Origin: Candidatus Woesearchaeota archaeon
GTDB taxonomy: Archaea > Nanobdellota > Nanobdellia > Woesearchaeales > UBA11576
Direction: 5' to 3'
NCBI GenBank assembly: GCA_016929255.1
Contig: JAFGJH010000059.1
Coordinates: forward strand, 1 to 57,871
Length of the DNA stretch: 57,871 nucleotides
Position numbers and translations under genes: made by a program. Positions within the stretch are counted from its first letter, which is position 1. Every line of letters begins with the position of its first letter. Of this stretch, positions 26,391 through 37,281 are shown piece after piece. The notes under the pieces are model-generated. The model was not told where the DNA came from. It did no database searches and worked only from the letters and a program-made list of their open reading frames with translations.

Positions 26391-27539
26391 TCACTTGTTG
26401 AATTCCAGGCAGACATCAATCAAGACGCTTGAGAACTTAAAGAGATTGTCAAGCCTGCAGTACTCGTTCGCGTTGTGAGCCACGTAATCATCAGCGAAGT
26501 CAAAGCCCACAGCGGGAATGTCATTCAGGACAAAAGACTTAGTGTCAGTGGCGCCGCTCAGGCCCTTTAGCCTGAGGTTTATGCCGTGCCTCTCAGCGAC
26601 ATTCCGGATGGTCTCGACCAGGATGTTATGGTCATCCACCTCTGTCGGAGGGGCGTTGACCAGGACTTCGAACTCGAACTCGCCGAAACGCTCGGACAGA
26701 TTCTTGAGCTCATCGACGATGCTTTTCGGAGACTGGCTCGGCAGGTACCTTATGTTCACAACGCATTCACAATGCCCAGCCACCGTGTTCGGCGCAGAGC
26801 CTCCCTTTATCGTGCCGAAGTTTATTGTCGGCCGCGTAAGGTACTTATGCAGCTGATGCTTGAGTATGTAGTGCTCGAGTTTCGCTATGAACTTGGCCAT
26901 CCCCGCGATGGCGCTGATTCCTTTCTGCGGGGTGGAGCCGTGCGCCTGCTTTCCCTTTGCTGTGATCCTGATGTTCAGCACGCCCTTCTCAGCGACAGTC
27001 ACCTTCTGCATCGCGCCCGCAACATCGACCACTATGGCATAATCCGCCTCGACCTTCCTCTCGCCCAGAAGGTACTTCAGGCCCAATGACGAGCCCTGCT
27101 CCTCGTCAGCTGCAAAGACGAAGATGTACTGGCTCTTCAGCTGCTTCTCTACGCTCTTCAGGTAGTCAAGCACAAGAAGCGTGGCAGCTGCCTGGCCCTT
27201 GTTGTCGCATGCGCCCCTGCCGTAAAGGAGGCCGTCCTTGATTACAGGGGTGAAAGGGTCTGTCTCCCAGCCGTCACCTGCCGGCACGACGTCCAGATGG
27301 GTGGAGATGAGTATCTTCTTCCCTTTCGCATCACCCACCTTGGCGACGACATTGGTCCTATGACGCTTCTTATCATAAATCTTGTACCAAGCGCCTATCT
27401 TAGAGAGACGCTTCTTGATTATCTTTGCGGCAAGATACTCGTCACCCGGAGGGTTGACTGTCTTGGCACCTATCAGGTCGCATAGAATCTTGGTGTAAAC
27501 CTCTTTCCTCTGGTTGATGAAATCCTCAGACACAGTCAT
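26391..27539 (-). CDS. M20-family metallopeptidase/deacylase (ArgE/DapE-like)
   Basis: 382 aa. STHLDVVP, GRGACDNKG, ADEEQGS motifs. Confidence 0.8.
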   Translation of the reverse strand: MTVSEDFINQRKEVYTKILCDLIGAKTVNPPGDEYLAAKIIKKRLSKIGAWYKIYDKKRHRTNVVAKVGDAKGKKILISTHLDVVPAGDGWETDPFTPVIKDGLLYGRGACDNKGQAAATLLVLDYLKSVEKQLKSQYIFVFAADEEQGSSLGLKYLLGERKVEADYAIVVDVAGAMQKVTVAEKGVLNIRITAKGKQAHGSTPQKGISAIAGMAKFIAKLEHYILKHQLHKYLTRPTINFGTIKGGSAPNTVAGHCECVVNIRYLPSQSPKSIVDELKNLSERFGEFEFEVLVNAPPTEVDDHNILVETIRNVAERHGINLRLKGLSGATDTKSFVLNDIPAVGFDFADDYVAHNANEYCRLDNLFKFSSVLIDVCLEFNK

Positions 27540-28690
27540 ACCGCAGCCTCTTCCTCTTGCATAAGCTGGATTATCCTGCCGCGCTCAGCAGTGAACGAGG
27601 TGACTATGGACTGGACCCTGTTGATGTTTATAGTGCCCTTTACGCTCTCGATGTCAAGCTTGCCTGCAGCATCACTGAGGTCGCACTTCCTCCTCCTCTC
27701 AAAATTGTGAAGGCTGCTCATGCCGAAAGACCACCTGTCCCTGCTTTCGCGGATCTTTTCCAGCGCATCAGCTATCCATCTTATTCGCGTCATGTCCAGC
27801 TCCCACTGGTCGATGATCCCCTTGAGCCTCCAGGTCTCCTGGCTGACCTTCTTCTCTTCAGCGAGCAGCCTGTCCATCGTCCTCTTCTTGTCCGCCATCA
27901 ACTCAAGAAGATGCTTAATGTGAGATATCTCATTGCTGATCCAGTGCAGCATCCTCTCCCTGTCTGAAGAGGCAGACACAACCTTGCCTTTCAGCGCTCC
28001 TTCGATACCCTTTGCATCACTGTCTGCAAGGTCAAGCGCCTGGGCAATGCGCTCATCAACCTTCCGGTCATGCCTAATCAGGCCGAAAGTCACCCCATCC
28101 TTCAGAGAGTTTGCAGCGTCAAGAAGCCCTGCCTGCGCAAGGACTATGTCGCCGCCTTTCTTGATTGCGCTGTTGTTGTGCTGTATCTCACGAGGGTCCT
28201 TTCCCGACATGGCAAGCCTCTGGAAATAGAAAAGCTGCGCGGCGATGTTCATGGCATAACGATGGCGTCTTAGCCTTTCAGCAAAGAAGTGCATGTTGAG
28301 CACAATCCTTCCGAAATTCCCGTGCGCGACATCAGAGGGAGGGTTCAGGTGGAACCGCCATACCCTGGAGGAAAGAAAGCCTGCCTTCCTGAACATGACA
28401 TCAGAAGGCCTGACGCCCGGACCGCTGAGATGCTGCTTGTCATAAAGCTGTTTCAAGACAGCATTTATCAGGTGTGCTATGTCACCAATGTGCTGCTCAG
28501 GATGCGCAGTCGGGTGGGTGAAGTGCCCTCTACGTTCATGGTATTTCAGAATAATATCAAGAAAGACGCAAAGGAATATAAGGACCACGCACAGGGAGAT
28601 GATAGTCTTGACAGAATTTGGACTGAAGTTCACAGCCCACTCTCCTGTGGCTATGTTGTCTAGGGCATTGTTGAGATTCTCGAACGGCAT
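27536..28690 (-). CDS. Hypothetical membrane-anchored protein
   Basis: 384 aa. One N-terminal TM helix. Its stop overlaps the start of the M20 gene by 4 nt. Confidence 0.5.
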   Translation of the reverse strand: MPFENLNNALDNIATGEWAVNFSPNSVKTIISLCVVLIFLCVFLDIILKYHERRGHFTHPTAHPEQHIGDIAHLINAVLKQLYDKQHLSGPGVRPSDVMFRKAGFLSSRVWRFHLNPPSDVAHGNFGRIVLNMHFFAERLRRHRYAMNIAAQLFYFQRLAMSGKDPREIQHNNSAIKKGGDIVLAQAGLLDAANSLKDGVTFGLIRHDRKVDERIAQALDLADSDAKGIEGALKGKVVSASSDRERMLHWISNEISHIKHLLELMADKKRTMDRLLAEEKKVSQETWRLKGIIDQWELDMTRIRWIADALEKIRESRDRWSFGMSSLHNFERRRKCDLSDAAGKLDIESVKGTININRVQSIVTSFTAERGRIIQLMQEEEAAV

Positions 28691-28742
28691 TTTCCTCTTT
28701 TAGCGCGCAGAACCGCCTACCACCGACCAGTTTGACCTTGCC

Positions 28743-29321
28743 TTAGATCTTCTTGCTCAGCTTGAGGCTCAGGACAAGGTCGTCAAGCTTCTTCAGATCG
28801 TACTTGATTGAGTCGAACTTCTTCCTGAGTTCGCCTCCTGCAAAATCAAAGAGCATGAGCTCATCATACAGCTCAGAGACCAGGTCCTTGAGCTTCACAG
28901 AAGTCTTGTAATCACCCTTGATGGCAGAATTGATCGCCTTCCTGACAAGCTCGCCGGTCAGGTCAATCAGGCCCATCAGGTAGAATTCAGGGTCAAGCTT
29001 CAGCTTTGAGTTCGGAGGTATCCTGTTATTCTTCATCAGCTCATAGAAAGATAATGCCTCCACAAACTCCTGGACAGCCACCTTGTAAGAGCCGGAAGTC
29101 ACAAGCTTAGGATGCTTCGCAGCAAGCGAGAGCTTCCTGAAAGAGGCACCCATCTCAGCCGCGGCCTTGCCAGCCGACTTGATGTCATTCCTGTGCAATG
29201 CATATATCGTCTTCTTTGAAAGCTGTATAACATCCCTTGATGTCCGGATGACAGTGTCCCGGTCCTTCTCGAATGCATCAATACCTTTCCTGATAATCTC
29301 CAAATCCTTCTTGTCAAGCAT
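28743..29321 (-). CDS. Translin-family protein
   Basis: Start at the ATG at 29321 (GAGGTG upstream). YLMGLIDLTGELVRKAI and LRKKFDSIKYDLKKL resemble translin/TRAX signatures. Confidence 0.65.
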   Translation of the reverse strand: MLDKKDLEIIRKGIDAFEKDRDTVIRTSRDVIQLSKKTIYALHRNDIKSAGKAAAEMGASFRKLSLAAKHPKLVTSGSYKVAVQEFVEALSFYELMKNNRIPPNSKLKLDPEFYLMGLIDLTGELVRKAINSAIKGDYKTSVKLKDLVSELYDELMLFDFAGGELRKKFDSIKYDLKKLDDLVLSLKLSKKI

Positions 29322-29450
29322 AAGACAACACCTCTTTTTATAGTGAAGCTGTGTCATTATAAATCTTACGTTTTGAGGCCTAACTCGGTAATTTGACGTC
29401 CAGAACCAAGCGAAAGATTTATATACTCTACTTGACCTTAAGGCGCTTAT

Positions 29451-30005
29451 ATGGTAAGCACGTTTAGAGGTGTATTAGAATTTTTTGTCAGGTTGGGAAT
29501 CTATGATGTAGTCCTCCCTTTCCTTCTTGTTTTCACCATCGTGTTCGCGATAATGGAGAAAAGCAAGGTCTTCGGCACAGAGAAGACGAGCCATGGGGAG
29601 TTCACAAGGAAGAACCTGAATGCAATGGTGGCGTTCGTGGTCGCGTTCCTGGTCGTAGCATCATCAAGGCTTGTAGCAGTAATAAACGAGACAATGGCCA
29701 ACATGGTCCTTCTCCTGATAATGAGCGTCTGCTTCCTGATACTCATCGGAAGCTTCATGAAGGAGACCAGGGAAGGTGTATTCCTCCAGGGAGGATGGGC
29801 AACGTTCTTCATGATTATCATGTTCGTAGGAATAGTCCTCATATTCACCAACGCTCTCGGCTGGCTCGAGCCTGCCTGGAACTGGCTCCTCCAGCACTAT
29901 GACAGCACAGTGGTCGCGTCCATACTCCTCGTGGCAGCGATGGTCGGGTTTGTCTACTGGATAATAAAGGAGCCCAAGAGAGAGGAGACAAAGTCAGAAT
30001 CATGA
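29451..30005 (+). CDS. Polytopic membrane protein, paralog 1 of 3
   Basis: 184 aa, about 4-5 TM helices. Shared motif DVVLPFLLVFTIVFAIMEKSKVFG and C-terminal YWIIKEPK. Confidence 0.6.
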   Translation: MVSTFRGVLEFFVRLGIYDVVLPFLLVFTIVFAIMEKSKVFGTEKTSHGEFTRKNLNAMVAFVVAFLVVASSRLVAVINETMANMVLLLIMSVCFLILIGSFMKETREGVFLQGGWATFFMIIMFVGIVLIFTNALGWLEPAWNWLLQHYDSTVVASILLVAAMVGFVYWIIKEPKREETKSES

Positions 30006-30082
30006 CCTTTAACTATATTGAGGCAACTTAAATCAACAAACAAAAAAACAAAGACTAACACTCAAAAAAGGAGGTTTAAAAA

Positions 30083-30724
30083 ATGGCATATCCTTACGCT
30101 ACTGGTTACGGAAGCGGCGGCGGTTATTTCTACAATATAATCCAGAGGCTTGAGATGTGGGGCCTCTCCGACGTCATCCTGCCGTTCATCCTCATCTTCA
30201 CCATCGTATTCGCGATAATGCAGAAGGTGAAGCCGCTGGGTGAAGGCACAGCCCAGAACAAATCTTTCAATGTGGTCATCTCGCTCGTGATGGCCCTGGC
30301 AGTGGTGATACCGCATGTCCTGGGATATTACCCTCCGGGAGCTGACATAGTCAACATCATAAATGCGGCACTGCCACAGGTCTCAATAGTTCTCGTCGCG
30401 ATACTCATGGTCCTGCTTATCGTCGGGCTTTTCGGCGGCAAAGCGACATGGGGAGGGGCGCTCTCAGGCTGGATAGCATTCTTTGCATTCATCCTGGTAG
30501 TCTACATCTTCGGAAGGGCCGCAGGATGGTTCTACTACCTGCCTAACTGGCTCTACTGGCTGGACAACCCTGACACGCAGGCGATGCTGGTCGTCATCGC
30601 GATATTCGCGATAATCATCTGGTACATCACCAAGGAGCCGAAGGAACCAGGGGCAGCGACCAGCCTCGACAAGTTCAGGGACTCCTGGGGGGAGCTTTTC
30701 AGCGGCGGCAAAAGCAGCAAGTGA
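30083..30724 (+). CDS. Polytopic membrane protein, paralog 2 of 3
   Basis: 213 aa. DVILPFILIFTIVFAIMQKVKPLG and IWYITKEPK. SD GGAGGT. Confidence 0.6.
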   Translation: MAYPYATGYGSGGGYFYNIIQRLEMWGLSDVILPFILIFTIVFAIMQKVKPLGEGTAQNKSFNVVISLVMALAVVIPHVLGYYPPGADIVNIINAALPQVSIVLVAILMVLLIVGLFGGKATWGGALSGWIAFFAFILVVYIFGRAAGWFYYLPNWLYWLDNPDTQAMLVVIAIFAIIIWYITKEPKEPGAATSLDKFRDSWGELFSGGKSSK

Positions 30725-30794
30725 CCAAATAATCTTTCATTTTTTTTAAAATTTCACATCAGCTTTCACAAAGTACTGGCAAAAGAGGTAAACA

Positions 30795-31382
30795 ATGGCG
30801 ACATTTTTGGACATAGGGCTGGCACAGCACTTCTCAGTGATATTCCCTGTACTCCTCGTGTTCGTCATCATATTCGCCCTGCTCGAGAAATCCAAGGCGC
30901 TTGGCGATAACAAAGGGCTGCATTCCCTTATAGCACTGTGCATAGCAATAATGCTCCTTTTCGTCCCAGGAGTCATCCAGGTCATAGGATACATGGCGCC
31001 GTGGTTTGTGCTGATCTTCCTCCTGGTATTCTTCTTCTTCCTGCTGCTCCTGGCTTTCGGTACGCCTTGGGACAAGATAGTGGGGGTCGCAGGCAGCTGG
31101 GGGACACCACATTGGTTCCTGCTCGTCATAGGGCTCATAATATTTGTAGGCGCACTCGGCCATGTATACGGCCAGGCGATGCTCCCTTACTCGAATGAGG
31201 GTGCAGAGAGCGCAGCGACAAATGCCACAGAATCAGGTGTGCCTGCAGAGACATCAACAGATACCGGCGACTTCAACAGCAACGTAGGAAGGGTGATATT
31301 CCACCCAAAGACACTGGGAATGGTCCTTCTTCTCATGATAGGTTCTCTTGCCATAAAACTTCTGGCTTCAGCGCCGAAATAA
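30795..31382 (+). CDS. Polytopic membrane protein, paralog 3 of 3
   Basis: 195 aa. VIFPVLLVFVIIFALLEKSKALG. Divergent C-terminal half. Confidence 0.6.
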   Translation: MATFLDIGLAQHFSVIFPVLLVFVIIFALLEKSKALGDNKGLHSLIALCIAIMLLFVPGVIQVIGYMAPWFVLIFLLVFFFFLLLLAFGTPWDKIVGVAGSWGTPHWFLLVIGLIIFVGALGHVYGQAMLPYSNEGAESAATNATESGVPAETSTDTGDFNSNVGRVIFHPKTLGMVLLLMIGSLAIKLLASAPK

Positions 31383-31450
31383 GAAAGTGGATGCATCATA
31401 AGAACACATAATAAAATCATTTTAAGAGCATCATAAAAAACCAAACCCGC

Positions 31451-32050
31451 TTATTTCTGCTGCTTCTTCAGGTCATCAGTTATCCTTGACAGCTCAGAAA
31501 CGTTCTCGATGAATCCCGGCAGCACCTTCTGGAAGACCTTCTCAAGGGCCTTGACCTCTGTACCGACATCGCCTATGTGCTTGTCATACTCGCCGACCCT
31601 CTCAAGCACAGATGTGTGGATCTTGTCAAAATCATCCTTGATAGACTTCATCATGGTCTCCATCTGCGTGATCCTCGCCTCTGTCTTGTCCTTCCACTCG
31701 ACAATGCGGTTGATGTTCTCCATCAGGTCAGTCCATTTCTCTTCTATTATCGCCTCTGCAATCTCCTCAATCCTTCCTGTGTCGACACCCATATCCATCG
31801 GAGGGAGCTCCTCGCCAGGAGCAGGATAAGCGCCAGGGGTCATGCCTTCAGGAACATTCTGATTCGCCATCTTACCACCTTCAACATCAAACGGTCTTCT
31901 CGTCTGCATCCTTATATCTGCCTGGTTCATCGCGTCAAGGATCTGGTTAGTGTTATAGCCCTGCCTCTGAAGAGCAGCGATGACCTGATTGTTCGTCAGG
32001 CCCTGCTGCCTCATGCTCAAAACAGCTTCGGTAGGAGTATCTTCAGGCAT
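31451..32050 (-). CDS. Hypothetical protein: small N-terminal helical domain plus coiled coil
   Basis: 199 aa. N-terminal AVLSMRQQGLTNNQVIAALQRQGYNTNQILDAMNQA, then a Pro-rich linker and heptad repeats. Confidence 0.5.
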   Translation of the reverse strand: MPEDTPTEAVLSMRQQGLTNNQVIAALQRQGYNTNQILDAMNQADIRMQTRRPFDVEGGKMANQNVPEGMTPGAYPAPGEELPPMDMGVDTGRIEEIAEAIIEEKWTDLMENINRIVEWKDKTEARITQMETMMKSIKDDFDKIHTSVLERVGEYDKHIGDVGTEVKALEKVFQKVLPGFIENVSELSRITDDLKKQQK

Positions 32051-32161
32051 GGTCAGACAAGAGCAAAACCTGTTTTTAAATGTTTCGACGGATTACACCA
32101 TTAGGATGAGTGAAAAACATTTAAATAATCCAATCAACACGTGACTGAATGAGGTGGACTG

Positions 32162-33517
32162 ATGCCTGAAGAGGAAAAAAAAGAGGCAAAGAAAGAGGAG
32201 AAACTGCCTGTGGTCATAGGCAGGAGCCTGAAGGACGTGCAGAAGTTCGGCACGAAAGGAGCCATACTTCTAGGCAAGCAATATGTCGAGAGGCTCGACA
32301 GGCTCTTCCTCGAGAACAACATATACATGGATGTCTCAGGGGCACACGTAGTGCTCATCTGCGGAAAAAGAGGAGGGGGAAAGAGCTACACAATGGGAGT
32401 CATAGCAGAAGGCCTGTCTCTCCTGGAGCCAGAGGTCAAGCAGAACCTCAGCATAATACTCCTTGACACCATGGGCATATACTGGACCATGGGCCACGCC
32501 AACCAGAAGGAGAAGGAGCTTCTCGAGCCATACGGCATAAAGCCCCACCCTGTAGACCTTAAGATATTCACGCCCGAGAAATACTACAACGAATACAAGA
32601 AGAAAGGCATACGCACAGACGTCCCGTTCTCCATAGAGCCCCACCAGATAACCGGCGAGGACTGGTGCGTGGCGTTCAGGCAGGACAAGTATTCGCCTAA
32701 CGGCCTCTACCTGCAGAAGATAGTCGAGCAGCTGAGCGAGAAGAAAGGCAAGTACTCAATGAAAGACATATTTGACTTCATCGAGAACGACAAAGAGGCG
32801 GACGTGCTGATAAAGTCCGCCGCCAAGAACATGTTCACAACAGCGCAGGGATGGGGAGTCTTCTCAGAGAAAGGAACACCTATAGAGGATCTTGCCAAAG
32901 GCGGACAGATAACCGTGCTGGATGTCAGCTGCTACGCCACGCTGCCAGGAGGATGGGACGTAAAGGCTCTCGTCGTGGGCATAGTGTCAAGGCATCTTTT
33001 CATAACCAGGATGTCGTACAGGAAGGAGGAGGAGCTGTCAGATATAAAATATCTGGAGAAATACTTCGAGGAGACCACTGCCGCACAGGCGCAGAAGCAG
33101 AAGATGCCGCTGGTCTGGCTGGTCGTCGATGAGGCGCACGAGTTCCTGCCGAAAGACGAGGCAGCAGCCAACGCGGCAACAGAGCCCCTCAAGATAATAA
33201 TGAGAGAAGGAAGGCAGCCGGGCATATGCCTTGTGGTCGCCACGCAGCAGCCTGGAAAGATACACACAGATGTGATGACCCAGGCAGACACAGTCCTTTC
33301 ACACAGGATAACAGCAAGGCTTGACGTGCAGGCGCTGGGACTTCTTGCGCAGAGTTATATGGAGCATGGCATAGAGCGCGCGATGAACGATCTTCCCACG
33401 GTCAAAGGGACCGCGGTCGTGTTCGACGACCTCAACGAGAAGATAATGATGGTACGCATCAGGCCGAGGTTCACGTGGCATGGAGGGTCAAGCCCTTCGG
33501 CGCTAAAAGAGGACTGA
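32162..33517 (+). CDS. HerA/FtsK-superfamily ATPase (DUF87-like), second copy
   Basis: 451 aa. Walker A CGKRGGGKSYT, Walker B LVVDEAHEFLP, REGRQPGICLVVATQQPGKI. Confidence 0.8.
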   Translation: MPEEEKKEAKKEEKLPVVIGRSLKDVQKFGTKGAILLGKQYVERLDRLFLENNIYMDVSGAHVVLICGKRGGGKSYTMGVIAEGLSLLEPEVKQNLSIILLDTMGIYWTMGHANQKEKELLEPYGIKPHPVDLKIFTPEKYYNEYKKKGIRTDVPFSIEPHQITGEDWCVAFRQDKYSPNGLYLQKIVEQLSEKKGKYSMKDIFDFIENDKEADVLIKSAAKNMFTTAQGWGVFSEKGTPIEDLAKGGQITVLDVSCYATLPGGWDVKALVVGIVSRHLFITRMSYRKEEELSDIKYLEKYFEETTAAQAQKQKMPLVWLVVDEAHEFLPKDEAAANAATEPLKIIMREGRQPGICLVVATQQPGKIHTDVMTQADTVLSHRITARLDVQALGLLAQSYMEHGIERAMNDLPTVKGTAVVFDDLNEKIMMVRIRPRFTWHGGSSPSALKED

Positions 33518-33560
33518 AGCATACTTCTGGAAAATCTGACAACCCTGAAAAATCTGGAAA

Positions 33561-34004
33561 ATGGTATCCGAAGCATTCATAACCAACACCGTGACAATAA
33601 TAGTCCTCGCCATACTGATAGGCACATTTGCGCTTCCAAAGAAGATCAGATATGCTGTGCATGCGCTGTTCCTCCTGTCACTCGGCCTCCTTCCCATTCT
33701 CTACGCGCTTGATGTGATAGGCTTCACGTTCGGCGAGGCAGGCATAATAAAATACATGGTATCAGTCGTAGTAGTCTTCACGGCGCGAAGCCTCATCGTC
33801 GAGGGAGTCAATGAGGAAGGCCCTATGCGGTGGGCGTCAATCATTGCGGGCGTGGTGATAATAATGCTCGTCTCAGTCCCTGCATTGCACAGCATGGGCG
33901 CGCTGACCTTCACCATACCGAAATATCCTGCTTTGATAGACCACATACTGTACGTAATAGCCTCTGTACTTGTAATATTGGGAATATTCATGTCACACGA
34001 ATGA
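33561..34004 (+). CDS. Small membrane protein (about 4 TM helices)
   Basis: 147-aa hydrophobic ORF 44 nt downstream of the ATPase. Confidence 0.55.
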   Translation: MVSEAFITNTVTIIVLAILIGTFALPKKIRYAVHALFLLSLGLLPILYALDVIGFTFGEAGIIKYMVSVVVVFTARSLIVEGVNEEGPMRWASIIAGVVIIMLVSVPALHSMGALTFTIPKYPALIDHILYVIASVLVILGIFMSHE

Positions 34005-34034
34005 GGCGGCCCAGAAGAAAAAGTGCCTGCCAGC

Positions 34035-34604
34035 TCACTTCTCAAGACTGAGGTCCTTAAGAACTATCCTTATCTGCTCCTTTATGTAATCCTCTTCCTG
34101 CAGACGGATGTTAAGATCCTTGAACTGCGCCTCCACCTGGTCCCTGACCATCTTGTTGACCGTATCCCTTGTCACGAAATTCATCGGCTGCCAGATGTTG
34201 ATATACTTCTGGAGCACCTCGACCTCCTGGTGCTTGGCGCACTCCTTCAGTTCGCGCACGATTATCTTCATCTTCTCTACAATGTCGCCTATCTGCTTCT
34301 TTATCTCATCCATCTCAGCATGGCCGGCCTGGATCTCAGTCATGAACTTCTTGTTGCTGCCGAGCATGTTCTGGTCAGTCACCTGCGTCTTCTTGCGCAG
34401 GCTGGTGTACCTCTCCTCAATCACCATAAGCCTCCTGCTTATGTTGTTGAGCTCTCCAGCAAGGTCAGAAACAGACTTTGTAAGGTCCCCGCCAGGCTTA
34501 GGCTTGGGCGCGAAAAGGCCTCCGCTCTTCTTCGGGGGCGGCGGAGCAGCATCAGCACCTCCAGGAGGAGGCATCCCAGGCGGAACAGCGTTATCATCAG
34601 CCAT
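34035..34604 (-). CDS. Hypothetical coiled-coil protein with Pro/Gly-rich N-terminus
   Basis: 189-aa ORF. TATA about 40 nt upstream on the minus strand. Confidence 0.5.
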   Translation of the reverse strand: MADDNAVPPGMPPPGGADAAPPPPKKSGGLFAPKPKPGGDLTKSVSDLAGELNNISRRLMVIEERYTSLRKKTQVTDQNMLGSNKKFMTEIQAGHAEMDEIKKQIGDIVEKMKIIVRELKECAKHQEVEVLQKYINIWQPMNFVTRDTVNKMVRDQVEAQFKDLNIRLQEEDYIKEQIRIVLKDLSLEK

Positions 34605-34781
34605 TTTTAAACAACCCTTTTTGTTTCAGCGCAAATATCACAATTTTTATAAAACGCCTTATTCTGTGACTAATTAATTGAAGACAGCCCTATGTTTTGC
34701 TGGCTTATCTTATAAGATTATGTTATTATGGTTTAGTGGTATATTAAATGTATCGCGAAAAACGCGAAAAAAGGTGAAGCA

Positions 34782-37115
34782 ATGGCCCTGTTCCAAGGTA
34801 ACCTCCCGATCTACGGCTATGAGGTCGTGAAAGAGGGAGAAGACAATGTAATGCGCGTTAACTACGAAGGCGCGCCCATAGTCCCATCCATAGAGGACAA
34901 TCCCACAGTCATGGCCAGGACCTGCGACAACCTCATAGAGTCCAAGAACGCAACCAAGATAATATTCCTGCAGAAAAGGGAATACGAGTATGACTACAAC
35001 CAGACAGCGCTGTTGAGGGAAGTTGCCCTGATCTACGACAAGCTGTCCCGGCAGAAAGATATGTTCACGCTGCAGGCGCTGCAGATCGACGAGGCGTCCA
35101 AACAGTTCGCCAAGATATGGTACACTGAGATACAGAAGCTGGTGTACCAGCTCCTCAGGTCAGACCCTATAAGCATGTATGTTGAGCTCAAGAGGAGCCT
35201 GAGGGAACAGAGGGTCGCCTACCTCAAGATTGTCGACGAGAAGCTCAAGCCGGGAATAGAGCACTACATGCAGCTCCTCTCATATCTCATCGACCTGATG
35301 GGAAAGACAAGGCTCATCACAATAGCAAAGCCGTTCCTTGCAGGATACAAGATAGGCGACAGGGATGTCTACAGGAACTTCTTCCACCCGATAATAAAGC
35401 CGGACTTCATGTGGACCAAGCTGATGGCCAACTTCCCGCCGGAAGGGGAGGAGATAGACAGCTACACAATAGGCGATGACACGGAGATAACCGTATTCAA
35501 GCTGCCTGATTCTGTCCAGTACATATACCACATGGTTCCTCCAGAATTCAAGCTCTCAGAGGACCAGTACGAGATACTCGACCTCGCAAGAAACATACTT
35601 GCAGAGCACAAGCCGACCAGACAGGAGTTCACAGACCCTGAGAGGATGAGGGAGGTATTCGTCAATGTCGGCAGGGACCTGATAGGCGAGCTGGTCGCGT
35701 ACAAGAACCTCACGATGCCTGAGGAGGAGATGGACAAGCTCGCGAAAGTCCTCGTCAGGTATACCATAGGCTTCGGCCTCGTAGAAGTCCTGCTGCAGGA
35801 CGAGAAGATACAGGACATCTCGGTCAACAGCCCGCAGGGAAGGCTTCCCATATTCATAGTGCATGGGGACTATGCCGACTGCGTGACCAACATCATACCC
35901 ACCAGCATAGAGGCAGAGAGCTGGGCGACGAAGCTGAGGATGATATCAGGAAGGCCGCTCGACGAGGCGAACGTGATACTTGACACAGAGCTGGAGCTTC
36001 CCGGGTCTTCTGTGAGGGTATCAACCATAACCAAACCCCTGGATCCGTCAGGGCTCGCATTCTCATTCAGGAGGCACAGGGACAAGCCTTGGACGCTGCC
36101 CCTCTTCATAAAATACGAGATGTTAACACCTCTCGCAGCAGGACTGCTCAGCTTCCTGATAGACGGCACGAGAAGCATGATGGTCTGCGGCACGAGGTCG
36201 AGCGGAAAGTCAAGCTTCCTGAGCGCCCTGCTTATAGAGATAATGAGAAGGTACAGGATAATAACAGTGGAAGACACGCTGGAGCTGCCGACAGGCTCCA
36301 TGAGGAAGCTCGGATTCAACATACAGCCCATGAAAGTCGCCTCGGCGCTGGCGAAAGGCAGCAGCGAGATGAGCGCGGCAGACGGGATAAGGAGCACGCT
36401 CAGGCTCGGTGACAGCGCACTCATCGTCGGAGAGGTCAGGAGCGGAGAGGCCAAGGCACTCTACGAGGCCATGAGGGTCGGTGCCGCAGCCAATGTCGTC
36501 GCAGGCACGATCCACGCCGACTCGCCGTTCGGGCTCTTCGACAGGGTAGTCAACGACATCGGCATCCCGAAGACAAGCTTCAAGGCCACAGACGTGATTG
36601 TGGTTGCCAACCCCATAAAATCCGCAGACGGCCTGCACAGGTTCAGGCGCGTGACAGAGATAACCGAGATAAGGAAGATGTGGCAGGAGGACCCGATGCT
36701 CGAGCACGGCTTTGTCGACCTCATGAAATACGAGCCTAAGACAGACCAGCTCGTCCCGACAGACGAGCTCCTCGACGGCGACTCAGAGGTCCTTAAGGCG
36801 ATAGCTGCGAACATACCCGACTTTGCAGGCAACTGGGACGCGGTGTGGGACAACGTAGTCTTGAGAGGCGAGCTGAAGGAGATGCTGGTCAAGAAATCCG
36901 CGGAGACGAACGATCCCGACATGCTCGAGGCGCCCTTCGTGATAAAGAGCAACGACAAGTTCCACCTGCTTTCTGAAGAGGTGAAGGAGGCCAAAGGCAA
37001 GCTGGACACGCAGGAGATAAAGAGGCGTTGGGCTAGCTGGCTCGAGAGGGAGCTGAAGAAGAGGAAAATTAATAAAGGTCAGACAGAATTCAATCCATAC
37101 GGATTGGGATATTAA
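34782..37115 (+). CDS. FlaI/PilB/VirB11-family secretion ATPase (type II/IV secretion NTPase), long form
   Basis: 777 aa. Walker A CGTRSSGKSS, ITVEDTLEL, ALIVGEVRSGEAKALYEAMRVG, GTIHADSP. About 330-aa N-terminal region. No FlaJ/PilC-like polytopic partner adjacent. Confidence 0.85.
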   Translation: MALFQGNLPIYGYEVVKEGEDNVMRVNYEGAPIVPSIEDNPTVMARTCDNLIESKNATKIIFLQKREYEYDYNQTALLREVALIYDKLSRQKDMFTLQALQIDEASKQFAKIWYTEIQKLVYQLLRSDPISMYVELKRSLREQRVAYLKIVDEKLKPGIEHYMQLLSYLIDLMGKTRLITIAKPFLAGYKIGDRDVYRNFFHPIIKPDFMWTKLMANFPPEGEEIDSYTIGDDTEITVFKLPDSVQYIYHMVPPEFKLSEDQYEILDLARNILAEHKPTRQEFTDPERMREVFVNVGRDLIGELVAYKNLTMPEEEMDKLAKVLVRYTIGFGLVEVLLQDEKIQDISVNSPQGRLPIFIVHGDYADCVTNIIPTSIEAESWATKLRMISGRPLDEANVILDTELELPGSSVRVSTITKPLDPSGLAFSFRRHRDKPWTLPLFIKYEMLTPLAAGLLSFLIDGTRSMMVCGTRSSGKSSFLSALLIEIMRRYRIITVEDTLELPTGSMRKLGFNIQPMKVASALAKGSSEMSAADGIRSTLRLGDSALIVGEVRSGEAKALYEAMRVGAAANVVAGTIHADSPFGLFDRVVNDIGIPKTSFKATDVIVVANPIKSADGLHRFRRVTEITEIRKMWQEDPMLEHGFVDLMKYEPKTDQLVPTDELLDGDSEVLKAIAANIPDFAGNWDAVWDNVVLRGELKEMLVKKSAETNDPDMLEAPFVIKSNDKFHLLSEEVKEAKGKLDTQEIKRRWASWLERELKKRKINKGQTEFNPYGLGY

Positions 37116-37124
37116 CAATTGTCC

Positions 37125-37264
37125 GCAGCTCCACGCTGCTAAACCGCTTTGCCGGCAAAAGGCTGATCAGTCCAGCGCGGGAGGATAATGCCTTACCGCC
37201 TGTCGCCGGTGACGCGGCCGGTTTCCGCCTGCGGTACCGACCGACGCTTGAGCGGCGGAGCTGC
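37125..37264. repeat. Family 1-related MITE-like element, copy F
   Basis: TIR GCAGCTCCACGCTGCTA pairs with TTGAGCGGCGGAGCTGC (13 of 17 positions). The left arm matches copy A (CCACGCTGCTAAAC). Confidence 0.5.
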
Positions 37265-37281
37265 CCATCAAAAGAGGTAAA